This document shows positions 43,987 through 51,923 of a stretch of DNA of 64,000 nucleotides, piece after piece; the stretch's first letter is position 1, and every line of letters begins with the position of its first letter. Origin of the DNA: Kiritimatiellia bacterium (GTDB taxonomy: Bacteria; Verrucomicrobiota; Kiritimatiellia; RFP12; UBA1067). The translations under genes were made by a program, and so were the position numbers. The stretch covers positions 22,839-86,838 of the forward strand of contig JAFXXW010000023.1 in NCBI GenBank assembly GCA_017542055.1, given 5' to 3'. Under the pieces are notes generated by a model. The model was not told the DNA's origin. It was given only the letters and a program-made list of their open reading frames with translations, and ran no database searches.

Positions 43987-45776
43987 TTTCTGCCGATCCT
44001 CACGATGATTTTGGCCGCGCCCAAATTCTTGAGCCCCAGCGCCATCAACAATTTGCCCATAAAGTGCCGCGATTCCGACCTCACCTCGCGGATTTCGTAC
44101 CCCTCGGCGTCGCACAGCCGCTTGAAGTCGTGCAGCGTCACGCAATGGATATTGGGCGTGTCGTACCACTCGAACGGCAACGTCTTGGACACCGGGAGCC
44201 GCCCCTTGAAGCCCAGACACAGCCGGATGCGATACTCCGCGAAATTGGGGAACGACACCACCGCCTCGTCCGCGATCCTCAACGCCTCGCGCAAGAGTCC
44301 CCGGGGGTTCTTCACCTCCTGCAGCGTGTCCGACAGCACCGCCACGTCGTAATACTTGTCCGGCACCATCCCCAAGCCTTCGTCCGCGTCCACCCAGAAC
44401 ACGTTATTGCCGTCCGCCAACGCCTCCTTGTAGCGATCGATGTCGATTTCCACCCCGTCGCCCTTGGTGCCGCGCGTGGCTTTGAGCACGTTGAGCAAGG
44501 TGCCGTCGCCGCACCCGATATCGATCACGTGCGCGCCTTTTTTGACCATCGACGCCACCTGGCGATAGAGCCGCTTCTGCCAGTTCATCACCTTGGGCTC
44601 GCGCGGACAGAGGAAGCCGCCCACCACGCCCGAGAGGTCCGAGATGTCCGTCAAAAACGAATCGTGTCCCCGGCCAGACTCCAGGTGGCAGTAGCTCACT
44701 TCCTTCCCGCCCTTCAAGAGCGCGGTGGCCATCGCGGTAGACTCTTCCGCGCCGAACAGCACGTCGCCCCCGTACGACACCACCAGGCACTTGGCCTTCA
44801 CCCGCGCGAAGGCCGCCTCCAACGACCCGAATTCTTCCGCCGCGTCGTAAAAGTCGAGCGATCTCGTCACGTGCAGATACGAATTGGCGTCGAACCGCTT
44901 GAGGAATTTGGACCCCTGATAATCGAGATAGCTCTCGATCTGGAAATACGTCTTGAAGGCGGCGTCGCGCTTTTTGCGCTCTTCCTCCGGCGCCTCGAGA
45001 AAACTCTGCTGCAGCTTGCGCCCGAACTTCTCCTCCAGCAAATCGCGCGAAAGGTACGTGATGTGCGCCAGCTGCCGCGCGTTGGCCAGCCCCAGCTTGG
45101 GCCCCATCCCGTCCCCGATCTCGTAATAGTCGCCGCCATGCCAGTTGGGATCGTCGGTGATCGCCGCGCGACCCACCACGTCGAACGCCAAAGTCTGCGT
45201 GTTGCACGCGGCCGAAGTGGCGATGATGAGCGCCTTGTCCATCTCGTCCGGGCAACGCGTCACCCAGTCCACCACCTGCATGCCGCCATAGCTGCCGCCC
45301 ACCAGCGCCGCCAGCTTCATCTCGCCCGGCAGGGAATTCTCGCGCCACAACTGGCGCAGAAACCTCCGGTACATGTCGACCGCGTCCTTGAACGTGTGTT
45401 GCGGGAAGGTGCTCCCGTAGGGCTTGCCCGTTTCCGGATTGACGGAAGACGGCCCCGTCGTGCCGCTGCAGCCGCCCAGCACGTTGGCGCAGACGATATG
45501 CCACTTGCGCGTGTCGAACGCCCTTCCCGGTCCGATCATGCGCTCCCACCAGCCGCTCGGCTTCGTTTCGCCCGGACGAATCCCCGCCACGTGAGCGTCG
45601 CCGGTCAAAGCATGGCAGAAGAAAATGACGTTGTCCGCGCGAATCGGCGCGCCGCATTCCTCGTAGCGCACCTCCACGTGCTTCAATACGCCGTGCGCCA
45701 CCTCCAGCCCTCCCGGAGGCAGCTCCAGCACCATCGTCTTCGGCGATACTACGCCCACTCCTCCGTCAATATCCAC
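43983..45776 (-). CDS. metXW: Homoserine O-acyltransferase MetX fused to a MetW methyltransferase-like domain
   Basis: N-terminal alpha/beta hydrolase domain (GGSYGGMQ). C-terminal MetW-like domain (VIDIGCGDG). Confidence 0.8.
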   Translation of the reverse strand: MDIDGGVGVVSPKTMVLELPPGGLEVAHGVLKHVEVRYEECGAPIRADNVIFFCHALTGDAHVAGIRPGETKPSGWWERMIGPGRAFDTRKWHIVCANVLGGCSGTTGPSSVNPETGKPYGSTFPQHTFKDAVDMYRRFLRQLWRENSLPGEMKLAALVGGSYGGMQVVDWVTRCPDEMDKALIIATSAACNTQTLAFDVVGRAAITDDPNWHGGDYYEIGDGMGPKLGLANARQLAHITYLSRDLLEEKFGRKLQQSFLEAPEEERKKRDAAFKTYFQIESYLDYQGSKFLKRFDANSYLHVTRSLDFYDAAEEFGSLEAAFARVKAKCLVVSYGGDVLFGAEESTAMATALLKGGKEVSYCHLESGRGHDSFLTDISDLSGVVGGFLCPREPKVMNWQKRLYRQVASMVKKGAHVIDIGCGDGTLLNVLKATRGTKGDGVEIDIDRYKEALADGNNVFWVDADEGLGMVPDKYYDVAVLSDTLQEVKNPRGLLREALRIADEAVVSFPNFAEYRIRLCLGFKGRLPVSKTLPFEWYDTPNIHCVTLHDFKRLCDAEGYEIREVRSESRHFMGKLLMALGLKNLGAAKIIVRIGRK

Positions 45777-46842
45777 AGTCCATGATCTTTCTTTCGAAAC
45801 CGAACACGCTCGCGATCAACGCCGCGCGAATCCACATGCCGTTACGCATCTGCCGCCAATACATCGCCCGGGGGTCGTGATCGCAGCAGGTGGCGATTTC
45901 GTCCCGGCGCGGCAAGGGATGCATGATGATGGCGTCTTTGCCCAGGAGAGCGAGTTCCTCCGCGCCGAATTTGAACCGGCTCGTATCGATCTTGGCGCTC
46001 TCGCCCTTGGCCACGTCCCACTCATCCTGGATGCGCGTCATGTAGACCGCGTCGGAAACTTGCGTCGCGGCCTTGAGGTCGCACCCGATTTCGTACTTGA
46101 CGCCCTTTTCCTTGAGAATCGCGATCACGTCGTCCGGCACCTGCAACGCGTCCGGCGCCACGAAAATCTGCTTGACGTCGCGGAAATTCGTGAGGAGATA
46201 GCTCAAAGATCTCACCGTGCGTCCCCGCAAAAGATCGCCGCAGAACGTGACGGTGCGTCCGTCCACCCCGCCCTTCTTCTCGAACGACCGGATGAGCGTG
46301 TAGATGTCGAGGAGCGCCTGCGTGGGGTGCTGGTCCTTGCCCGACCCCGCGTTCAAGATCGGCACCGGACGCTCCGAATTGGACAGCTCCCACGCCATCT
46401 TTTCCGCCAATCCCTGCTCCGGCGAACGCATGATGATCATGTCGAAGTAGGAGGAGAAAGTGCGGATGGAGTCTTCGTGGCTTTCGCCCTTGAACTCGGA
46501 AGACGTGGCCGCGTCGCGCACGCTGCCCGTCGTGATGCCCAAAATCTGGCACGCCGCCAGGTGCGACAGGAACGTACGCGAGCTCGGCTGCGAGAAATAC
46601 AGCATGGCGCGCTTGTGCGCCAGCACGTTCTTTAGGTAAAGCGCCCCCTCTTTGGACTTGTTGATGAACCGGATGCGATTGGCGAGCCGGCACAGCCGCT
46701 CCAGGATCTCCCGGTCGAACTGCTGCGCGAACAGGGTGTGGTACGGCATGCCGTCGCCCTCGATCCGCTCGAGGTACGGACGCTTGTCGGTCAAACTCAG
46801 CCGGGAAAACTCCGCCCAGCCTATCTTGGTCAGATCGCCCAT
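45766..46842 (-). CDS. pyrB: Aspartate carbamoyltransferase-family protein with an N-terminal extension
   Basis: SSRTF (a variant of STRTR), HPTQALLD and HPLPR motifs. Confidence 0.7.
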   Translation of the reverse strand: MGDLTKIGWAEFSRLSLTDKRPYLERIEGDGMPYHTLFAQQFDREILERLCRLANRIRFINKSKEGALYLKNVLAHKRAMLYFSQPSSRTFLSHLAACQILGITTGSVRDAATSSEFKGESHEDSIRTFSSYFDMIIMRSPEQGLAEKMAWELSNSERPVPILNAGSGKDQHPTQALLDIYTLIRSFEKKGGVDGRTVTFCGDLLRGRTVRSLSYLLTNFRDVKQIFVAPDALQVPDDVIAILKEKGVKYEIGCDLKAATQVSDAVYMTRIQDEWDVAKGESAKIDTSRFKFGAEELALLGKDAIIMHPLPRRDEIATCCDHDPRAMYWRQMRNGMWIRAALIASVFGFERKIMDCGY

Positions 46843-46858
46843 GTTCGCTCCTTCGTGC

Positions 46859-46942
46859 TGGTGCACCTGGTGGGACTCGAACCCACACGCCTTGCGGCAC
46901 TGGAACCTAAATCCAGCGTGTCTGCCATTTCACCACAGGTGC
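46859..46942 (-). tRNA. tRNA-Leu (anticodon TAG)
   Basis: Manual fold: acceptor GCACCTG/CAGGTGC; D-arm GTG..CAC; anticodon stem CTGGA/TCCAG with loop TTTAGGT; long variable arm; T-arm GTGGG TTCGAGT CCCAC; 3' ACCA. Confidence 0.8.
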
Positions 46943-46951
46943 GCCTCGAAA

Positions 46952-48139
46952 TCATTGTTTTTGCAGCTTCTCTTTGTGTTTGAAAAACACGGTCGTGCGC
47001 TGTTTGAACCGGTCCTTCTCCGGGAAATTGCCCGACTGCGCATGCTTCTGGAACGTCTCCAGCGCCGCCTTGGCCTTCTTGTCCAGATTGACCGGCACCT
47101 CGAAGACGATCCGCGCGATAAGGTCGCCGCGCATCTGTCCCCTCAAGCCCGTCATGCCCTGACCCCTCAGCCGCATCACCTTGCCGTTGGGCGTGCCGGC
47201 CGGGAGCTTGATCTCGGCCGTGCCGTCCGGCGTGGGCACGTCGACCGTGCACCCCAAAGCCGCATCGACCGGCGAAACGGGAATGTCCACGTAGAGGTTG
47301 AGACCGTCGCGCTCGAAAATGTCGCTCTCCCCCACCTGCAAAAGAACGTACAGATCGCCCGGCTCGCCGCCCCGCAATCCGCCCGCGCCCTTGCCCGCGA
47401 GTCGCAGTCTCGACCCCGTATCCACTCCGGCCGGAATCTTGAGCGCGATGTGCTGCGCCTTGGCCACCCGGCCAGTTCCGTGACACTTGTGGCAGGGCTT
47501 GTCGATGACCGACCCCTCCCCTCCGCACGTGCGGCACGTCTGGCGAACCTGGAAAAAGCCCGATCCCGCCACCTCGATGCCGCTGCCCCGGCACGTCTTG
47601 CACGTCGTCCGCTTGCCGTCGGCCGAACCCGACCCGTGACAATCCTCGCACTCGGTCGGGAGCTGCAGATCGAGCGTCCGTTCGCTGCCGAACACCGCCT
47701 CGTCGAACTCCACGTCGAGCCGGAACGTCATGTCGTCGCCGCGACGCGGCGCGTTGGGGTCCACCCTGCGCTGCCGACCGCCCCCGCCCCAACCGGAAAA
47801 GCCGGAGAAGCCCCCGCCCATCCCGTTCAGGAACGTGTTGAGGATGTCGTTCAAATCCACGTCCTGGAAGTGGCTGAAGTCGCGTCCGAAGTTGAAGCCG
47901 CCCGGACCGAAATTGACGCCCTGATGACCGAACTGGTCGTACGCCTGGCGCTTCTCCGGATTGGACAGCACCTCGTACGCTTCGGAAATTTCCGTAAACT
48001 TCTCTTTGGCTTCGGGATTGTCCGGATTGCGGTCCGGATGGTACTTCATGGCCAGCTTGCGATAGGCCGACTTGATCTGGTCGGCCGTCGCGTCCTTGGC
48101 TACGCCCAAAACCTCGTAATAATCACGCTTGTCTGCCAT
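46952..48139 (-). CDS. dnaJ: Chaperone DnaJ
   Basis: J-domain with HPD motif. Gly-rich region. Four CxxCxG zinc repeats. Confidence 0.92.
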   Translation of the reverse strand: MADKRDYYEVLGVAKDATADQIKSAYRKLAMKYHPDRNPDNPEAKEKFTEISEAYEVLSNPEKRQAYDQFGHQGVNFGPGGFNFGRDFSHFQDVDLNDILNTFLNGMGGGFSGFSGWGGGGRQRRVDPNAPRRGDDMTFRLDVEFDEAVFGSERTLDLQLPTECEDCHGSGSADGKRTTCKTCRGSGIEVAGSGFFQVRQTCRTCGGEGSVIDKPCHKCHGTGRVAKAQHIALKIPAGVDTGSRLRLAGKGAGGLRGGEPGDLYVLLQVGESDIFERDGLNLYVDIPVSPVDAALGCTVDVPTPDGTAEIKLPAGTPNGKVMRLRGQGMTGLRGQMRGDLIARIVFEVPVNLDKKAKAALETFQKHAQSGNFPEKDRFKQRTTVFFKHKEKLQKQ

Positions 48140-48746
48140 TTGACACCACTACCTGAGCCGGACGGAGCACCTTGCCCTTGAGCATCCATCCGCGCTTTAC
48201 TTCATTGGAAACCTTGCCTTCTTCGATCGTTTCGGACGGCAGCGTGGCAATCGCCTCCATCCGCTCCGGATCCAACGTCTCGCCTACCGAATCGAACGGC
48301 TCCGCGCCGTGATTCTTGAGCGCCGCGAGCATGCTGTCGTAGACGAGCTGCACGCCCTTGACGAAAGGATCCTCCTGGTTCGCCGCCTTCGACAGCGCCA
48401 GCGCCAGATTGTCGATGGCCGGGAGCACGTCGCCCAAAATGTCCGCTTCGGCGTACCGGTAAGTGTCCTCGCGATCCCGCAAGGCGCGCTTCTTGTAATT
48501 GTCGAAGTCGGCCTTCATTCGCGCATAAAGGTCTTTCCAGTCCGGCTCCACTTTTGCAACCTCGGGCCGGGGCGATTCCGCCTTGGGCGCCTCGGGCTGG
48601 GGCGTTTCGGTTGCCGGCTCTTCCGCCTGGGGTTCTTCCGCCTTAGGCGCTTCCGGCTGGGGTGCTTCCTCCGCCGGCTCCGTTTCCGGCGTCACCGGAG
48701 TCTCCGGTTCTTTCGCTATATCCGCTGTTTCTTCCATTTCGCTCAT
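48123..48746 (-). CDS. grpE: Nucleotide exchange factor GrpE with an acidic Pro/Glu-rich N-terminal repeat
   Basis: GrpE core [13 protein letters not shown]-terminal PE/PEA repeats. Confidence 0.85.
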   Translation of the reverse strand: MSEMEETADIAKEPETPVTPETEPAEEAPQPEAPKAEEPQAEEPATETPQPEAPKAESPRPEVAKVEPDWKDLYARMKADFDNYKKRALRDREDTYRYAEADILGDVLPAIDNLALALSKAANQEDPFVKGVQLVYDSMLAALKNHGAEPFDSVGETLDPERMEAIATLPSETIEEGKVSNEVKRGWMLKGKVLRPAQVVVSNGRQA

Positions 48747-49975
48747 GCCTTGATTTGTCCCGCCTTCGCGAGCATCTTCGCTTCCACGCTCTGGATTTCC
48801 GCAAAGCCCTGCGAGCTATGCGGATTGAGTCCGTCCGACGCCTCCATGGAGCTGTCGGCCTCGTTGTAGATCGTGGCCTTGAGCCCCGTGAGACGCTCGA
48901 AAAAGATATTGCCCTTGTAGAGCCCCAAGGTCACTTCCGCCGTAGCCTTGTCCGCCCACACCTGAATGGCCGCCCGCGCCGCCTGCGTGGCCGGATCGAA
49001 CCACCTGCCGTCGTAGATCTGGTCCGCCACCAGCTTCGAGAGCTGCTGGAAGAGCAAGGTGGACCGGCGATCCATCACGCCTTCGTAGATGTACTTGAGC
49101 CCCGCCGACAGCACCTCCATGCCCGGCGCCTCGTACACGCCCCGGCTCTTGGTGCCGATGATGCGATTCTCGAGCGCGTGCTTCATGCCGATGCCGTTCC
49201 GCCCCCCGATCTTGTTCACCTCCAGCATCACCTCGTAGGGGGTAAGCTTCTTCCCGTTCACCGCCACGCACCGGCCCTTTTCGAACTTGAGTGTGATTTT
49301 CTCCAGCTTGCCCGGCGCCTTTTCCGGCCACACGCCCATCGTGGGCTTCACGATGCGCATCGACGTCTCCATGCTCTCCAGATCCTCCGCCTCGTGGCTG
49401 AGTCCCGCGAGATTGGCGTCGGTCGAGTACTTCTTTTTCGTCCCCACGAACGCCTGGATGCCGCGCTCGGCCAGAAACTCCACCATCTGGGTGCGACCCG
49501 GAAACTGCTTGAGCAAATCCTCGTCGCGCCAGGGCGCGTACACGCCGAACTTGGGGTCCAGCACGTTGGTGTACCGCTCGAAACGCATCTGGTCGTTGCC
49601 GCGACCCGTCGCTCCGTGCACCAACACCACGCAACCCGCCTTTTTCATGGCCGGGAGCAGTTTTTGCACCGTCACCGCCCGCGCAATGCCGGTGGAATTC
49701 CAATAGCCGCCATCGTACATCGCCTGGCACTTGACCGTCTCGAAGCAGATGTCCGCCATCTCCTTGGTCACGTCCACGATCGTCGTCTCCACTCCCGTCG
49801 GCGCCATCTTCTTCTTGATGTCGTTGATGTCCTTCTCGTCGGGCTGGCCCACGTTGGCGCTGAACGCCTTGACCTTGACTCCGGCGTCCTTCAAAACGCA
49901 ACAGATGGTCTTGGAATCGAGACCGCCCGAAACGCAAACGCCGACCGTCTTTCCTTTCAAATCTGCAAGCTTCAT
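48743..49975 (-). CDS. argG: Argininosuccinate synthase
   Basis: MKLADLKGKTVGVCVSGGLDS PP-loop motif. Confidence 0.92.
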   Translation of the reverse strand: MKLADLKGKTVGVCVSGGLDSKTICCVLKDAGVKVKAFSANVGQPDEKDINDIKKKMAPTGVETTIVDVTKEMADICFETVKCQAMYDGGYWNSTGIARAVTVQKLLPAMKKAGCVVLVHGATGRGNDQMRFERYTNVLDPKFGVYAPWRDEDLLKQFPGRTQMVEFLAERGIQAFVGTKKKYSTDANLAGLSHEAEDLESMETSMRIVKPTMGVWPEKAPGKLEKITLKFEKGRCVAVNGKKLTPYEVMLEVNKIGGRNGIGMKHALENRIIGTKSRGVYEAPGMEVLSAGLKYIYEGVMDRRSTLLFQQLSKLVADQIYDGRWFDPATQAARAAIQVWADKATAEVTLGLYKGNIFFERLTGLKATIYNEADSSMEASDGLNPHSSQGFAEIQSVEAKMLAKAGQIKA

Positions 49976-50012
49976 GTCTGGATTCTCCTCCTTAAAAACA
50001 TTTTAATAGTAT

Positions 50013-50042
50013 ATTATATCATATTTCCCGCCCAGAAGTCAA
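50013..50042 (-). promoter_or_regulatory. Promoter of argG-grpE-dnaJ
   Basis: Minus strand reads TTGACT, an 18-bp spacer, TGATATAAT, then AAGGAGG. Confidence 0.65.
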
Positions 50043-50049
50043 GGAAAAA

Positions 50050-51000
50050 CTACTTATCGCGCTGAAAAAAGTTGAATATTCCCGCCATCAAAGCGCCCGA
50101 AACCGAATGCCATACGCACGACACGGCCGAGGCGATGGCCGCCTCCGGCATGAGCGGAAAGTGCTTCCCGGCGAGGACTGTCGCAAGGCCCGCGTTCTGC
50201 ATTCCCACCTCGATCGACACCGTCCGCTTCTTGGGCGCGGAGAATCGGGCCGCCACGCCTGCCGCGTATCCCAAGAGATAGCCGAGCGCGTTATGGAGAA
50301 ACACCGCCACGAAAATCAGCACCCCAGACTCCATGAACTTGGCCCCGTGCGCCGACACCACGCCGCCCACGATGCACGCGAGCCCCAGCACCGCCAGGCC
50401 CGGCATAACTTTCATCGCCTCGCGATAGGCCGCGCGCCGTCCGAACGCGGAATTGAGCACGTAGCCGCCCGCCACCGGGAGGAGCGTCACGAGCAGAATC
50501 GACTTGAACATCCCGATCGCGTCGATGTCCACGTTCTCGCCCGCCAGCCACAGCATCAACAGCGGCGTCGTGAGCGGCGCGAAGAGCGTGGAAAACGTGG
50601 TGAGTCCCACCGAAAAAGCCACGTCGCCCTTGCAGAGAAACGTCATGATGTTGGATGACACCCCGCCCGGGCAGCAGCCCACCAGGATAAGCCCCACCCC
50701 TACCGCCTTGGGGAGCCCCATCACGTGCACCAGCAGCCACGCCACGCCCGGCATCACCATAAACTGCGCCAACGCCCCTACCGCGATATCCCAAGGCCGC
50801 GACGCCAAAATGCGGAAATCTTCCGTCTTGAGCGTCATGCCCATCGTAAGCATGATGAAGCCCAGCACCGCAGTCTGCGCATAGCCGCGCACCCAGTCGA
50901 ACACTCCCGGCGCGAAATACGCCCCCACCGCCACTCCGGCCACGAACAGCGGCGTCCACTTGGTCAACCACGCCGCCACCCTCTGCAATTGTTTCATCAT
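50050..51000 (-). CDS. Bile acid:sodium symporter (BASS) family transporter
   Basis: CPGGVSSN motif. The ATG at 51000 follows a GGAGAG SD; the track ORF starts at an upstream TTG. Confidence 0.75.
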   Translation of the reverse strand: MMKQLQRVAAWLTKWTPLFVAGVAVGAYFAPGVFDWVRGYAQTAVLGFIMLTMGMTLKTEDFRILASRPWDIAVGALAQFMVMPGVAWLLVHVMGLPKAVGVGLILVGCCPGGVSSNIMTFLCKGDVAFSVGLTTFSTLFAPLTTPLLMLWLAGENVDIDAIGMFKSILLVTLLPVAGGYVLNSAFGRRAAYREAMKVMPGLAVLGLACIVGGVVSAHGAKFMESGVLIFVAVFLHNALGYLLGYAAGVAARFSAPKKRTVSIEVGMQNAGLATVLAGKHFPLMPEAAIASAVSCVWHSVSGALMAGIFNFFQRDK

Positions 51001-51036
51001 CGTTCTTCTCTCCAAGTTTTGCTTTTTAAGCCGCGT

Positions 51037-51065
51037 ATTATATCATATTTTCCCCAAAATTGCAA
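51037..51065 (-). promoter_or_regulatory. Promoter-family copy upstream of the BASS gene (part of direct-repeat block B)
   Basis: Minus strand reads TTGCAA, a 17-bp spacer, then TGATATAAT. Confidence 0.6.
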
Positions 51066-51096
51066 GCGGAAAGTGCACATTCACACTAATCACAAT

Positions 51097-51128
51097 CGGT
51101 AAATCGATAAATCGGTAAATCGGTAAAT
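51097..51128. repeat. 8-bp tandem repeat array (cggtaaat x4)
   Basis: cggtaaat cgataaat cggtaaat cggtaaat. Confidence 0.8.
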
Positions 51129-51145
51129 TCTCAGTTAAACACCAA

Positions 51146-51167
51146 GGGCTGGGATTGCTCCCAGCCC
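51146..51167 (-). terminator. Perfect hairpin GGGCTGGGA-TTGC-TCCCAGCCC downstream of the DUF5615 gene
   Basis: 9-bp GC-rich stem with a 4-nt loop, followed on the minus strand by TTGGTGTTTAA. Confidence 0.55.
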
Positions 51168-51173
51168 CGAGTA

Positions 51174-51524
51174 TTAGCGCTTGATCCGGCAAGAGTAGTC
51201 GCGCAAGATACAGACCGTGTCGACCAATGAAGAACCGGCATTGGCCAGAAACCATTTGAGCCGCTCCATGATGGCTCGCCGATTGGGCTGTCTGAGCGCC
51301 ACCACCACTATTCCGGCATGATGCGGATGCAAGAGCGGAACCGTATGGTAAAAGTCGCGATCCGAAGTAAGAATCACCGCTCCCAACCTTTGGGCCGTCG
51401 CGAAAACATCGTCGTCCTCAGCGCCGAAATCGCACGCATCTTCAAACGCAATTGCGATATGCCCGCACTCCTCTACGACCTCGGCCGCAGACTTGGGGAA
51501 GTTCTCGTCCAGCAGAAACTTCAT
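51174..51524 (-). CDS. DUF5615 PIN-like toxin-type protein
   Basis: MKFLLDENFP start. 116 aa. Paired with a DUF433 gene. Confidence 0.7.
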   Translation of the reverse strand: MKFLLDENFPKSAAEVVEECGHIAIAFEDACDFGAEDDDVFATAQRLGAVILTSDRDFYHTVPLLHPHHAGIVVVALRQPNRRAIMERLKWFLANAGSSLVDTVCILRDYSCRIKR

Positions 51525-51757
51525 CAGACCACCGACAAATTACCGTACGGCATGTCTTCAAAGCTGGCAAGCGAACCTGCAAACGCGAAGACTGCGGAAA
51601 TGTCTTCCGAAGTAATGCTGGGATAATCCATCATTATATCGTTTACCGAATCGCCTCCGGCAAGCGCACCAAGCAATTGTGACACCAAAACTCTAGTGCC
51701 GCGAATGACCGGTTTGCCGTGGCAGACGGACGGATTTATCTCAATTCTTTCATTCAT
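51524..51757 (-). CDS. DUF433 domain protein (putative antitoxin)
   Basis: INPSVCHGKPVIRGTRV motif. Real start MNERIEI lies 7 nt from the -10 element. Confidence 0.7.
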   Translation of the reverse strand: MNERIEINPSVCHGKPVIRGTRVLVSQLLGALAGGDSVNDIMMDYPSITSEDISAVFAFAGSLASFEDMPYGNLSVV

Positions 51758-51764
51758 GCCTAAT

Positions 51765-51793
51765 ATTATATCATATTTTCCGCCAAATTGCAA
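51765..51793 (-). promoter_or_regulatory. Promoter of the DUF433-DUF5615 cassette (block A); predicted leaderless
   Basis: Minus strand reads TTGCAA, a 17-bp spacer, TATAAT, then ATTAGGC and ATG. Confidence 0.65.
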
Positions 51794-51824
51794 GCGGAAA
51801 GTGCACATTCACACTAATCACAAT

Positions 51825-51856
51825 CGGTAAATCGATAAATCGGTAAATCGGTAAAT
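51825..51856. repeat. 8-bp tandem repeat array (cggtaaat x4)
   Basis: Identical to the array at 51097. Confidence 0.8.
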
Positions 51857-51872
51857 TCTCTATAAACACCAA

Positions 51873-51894
51873 GGGCTGGGATTGCTCCCAGCCC
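51873..51894 (-). terminator. Perfect hairpin GGGCTGGGA-TTGC-TCCCAGCCC downstream of the giant gene
   Basis: Same hairpin as at 51146. Sits about 30 nt after the stop at 51924. Confidence 0.55.
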
Positions 51895-51923
51895 TCGATC
51901 GTTAGCGCTAAGCTAAAGCGTGC

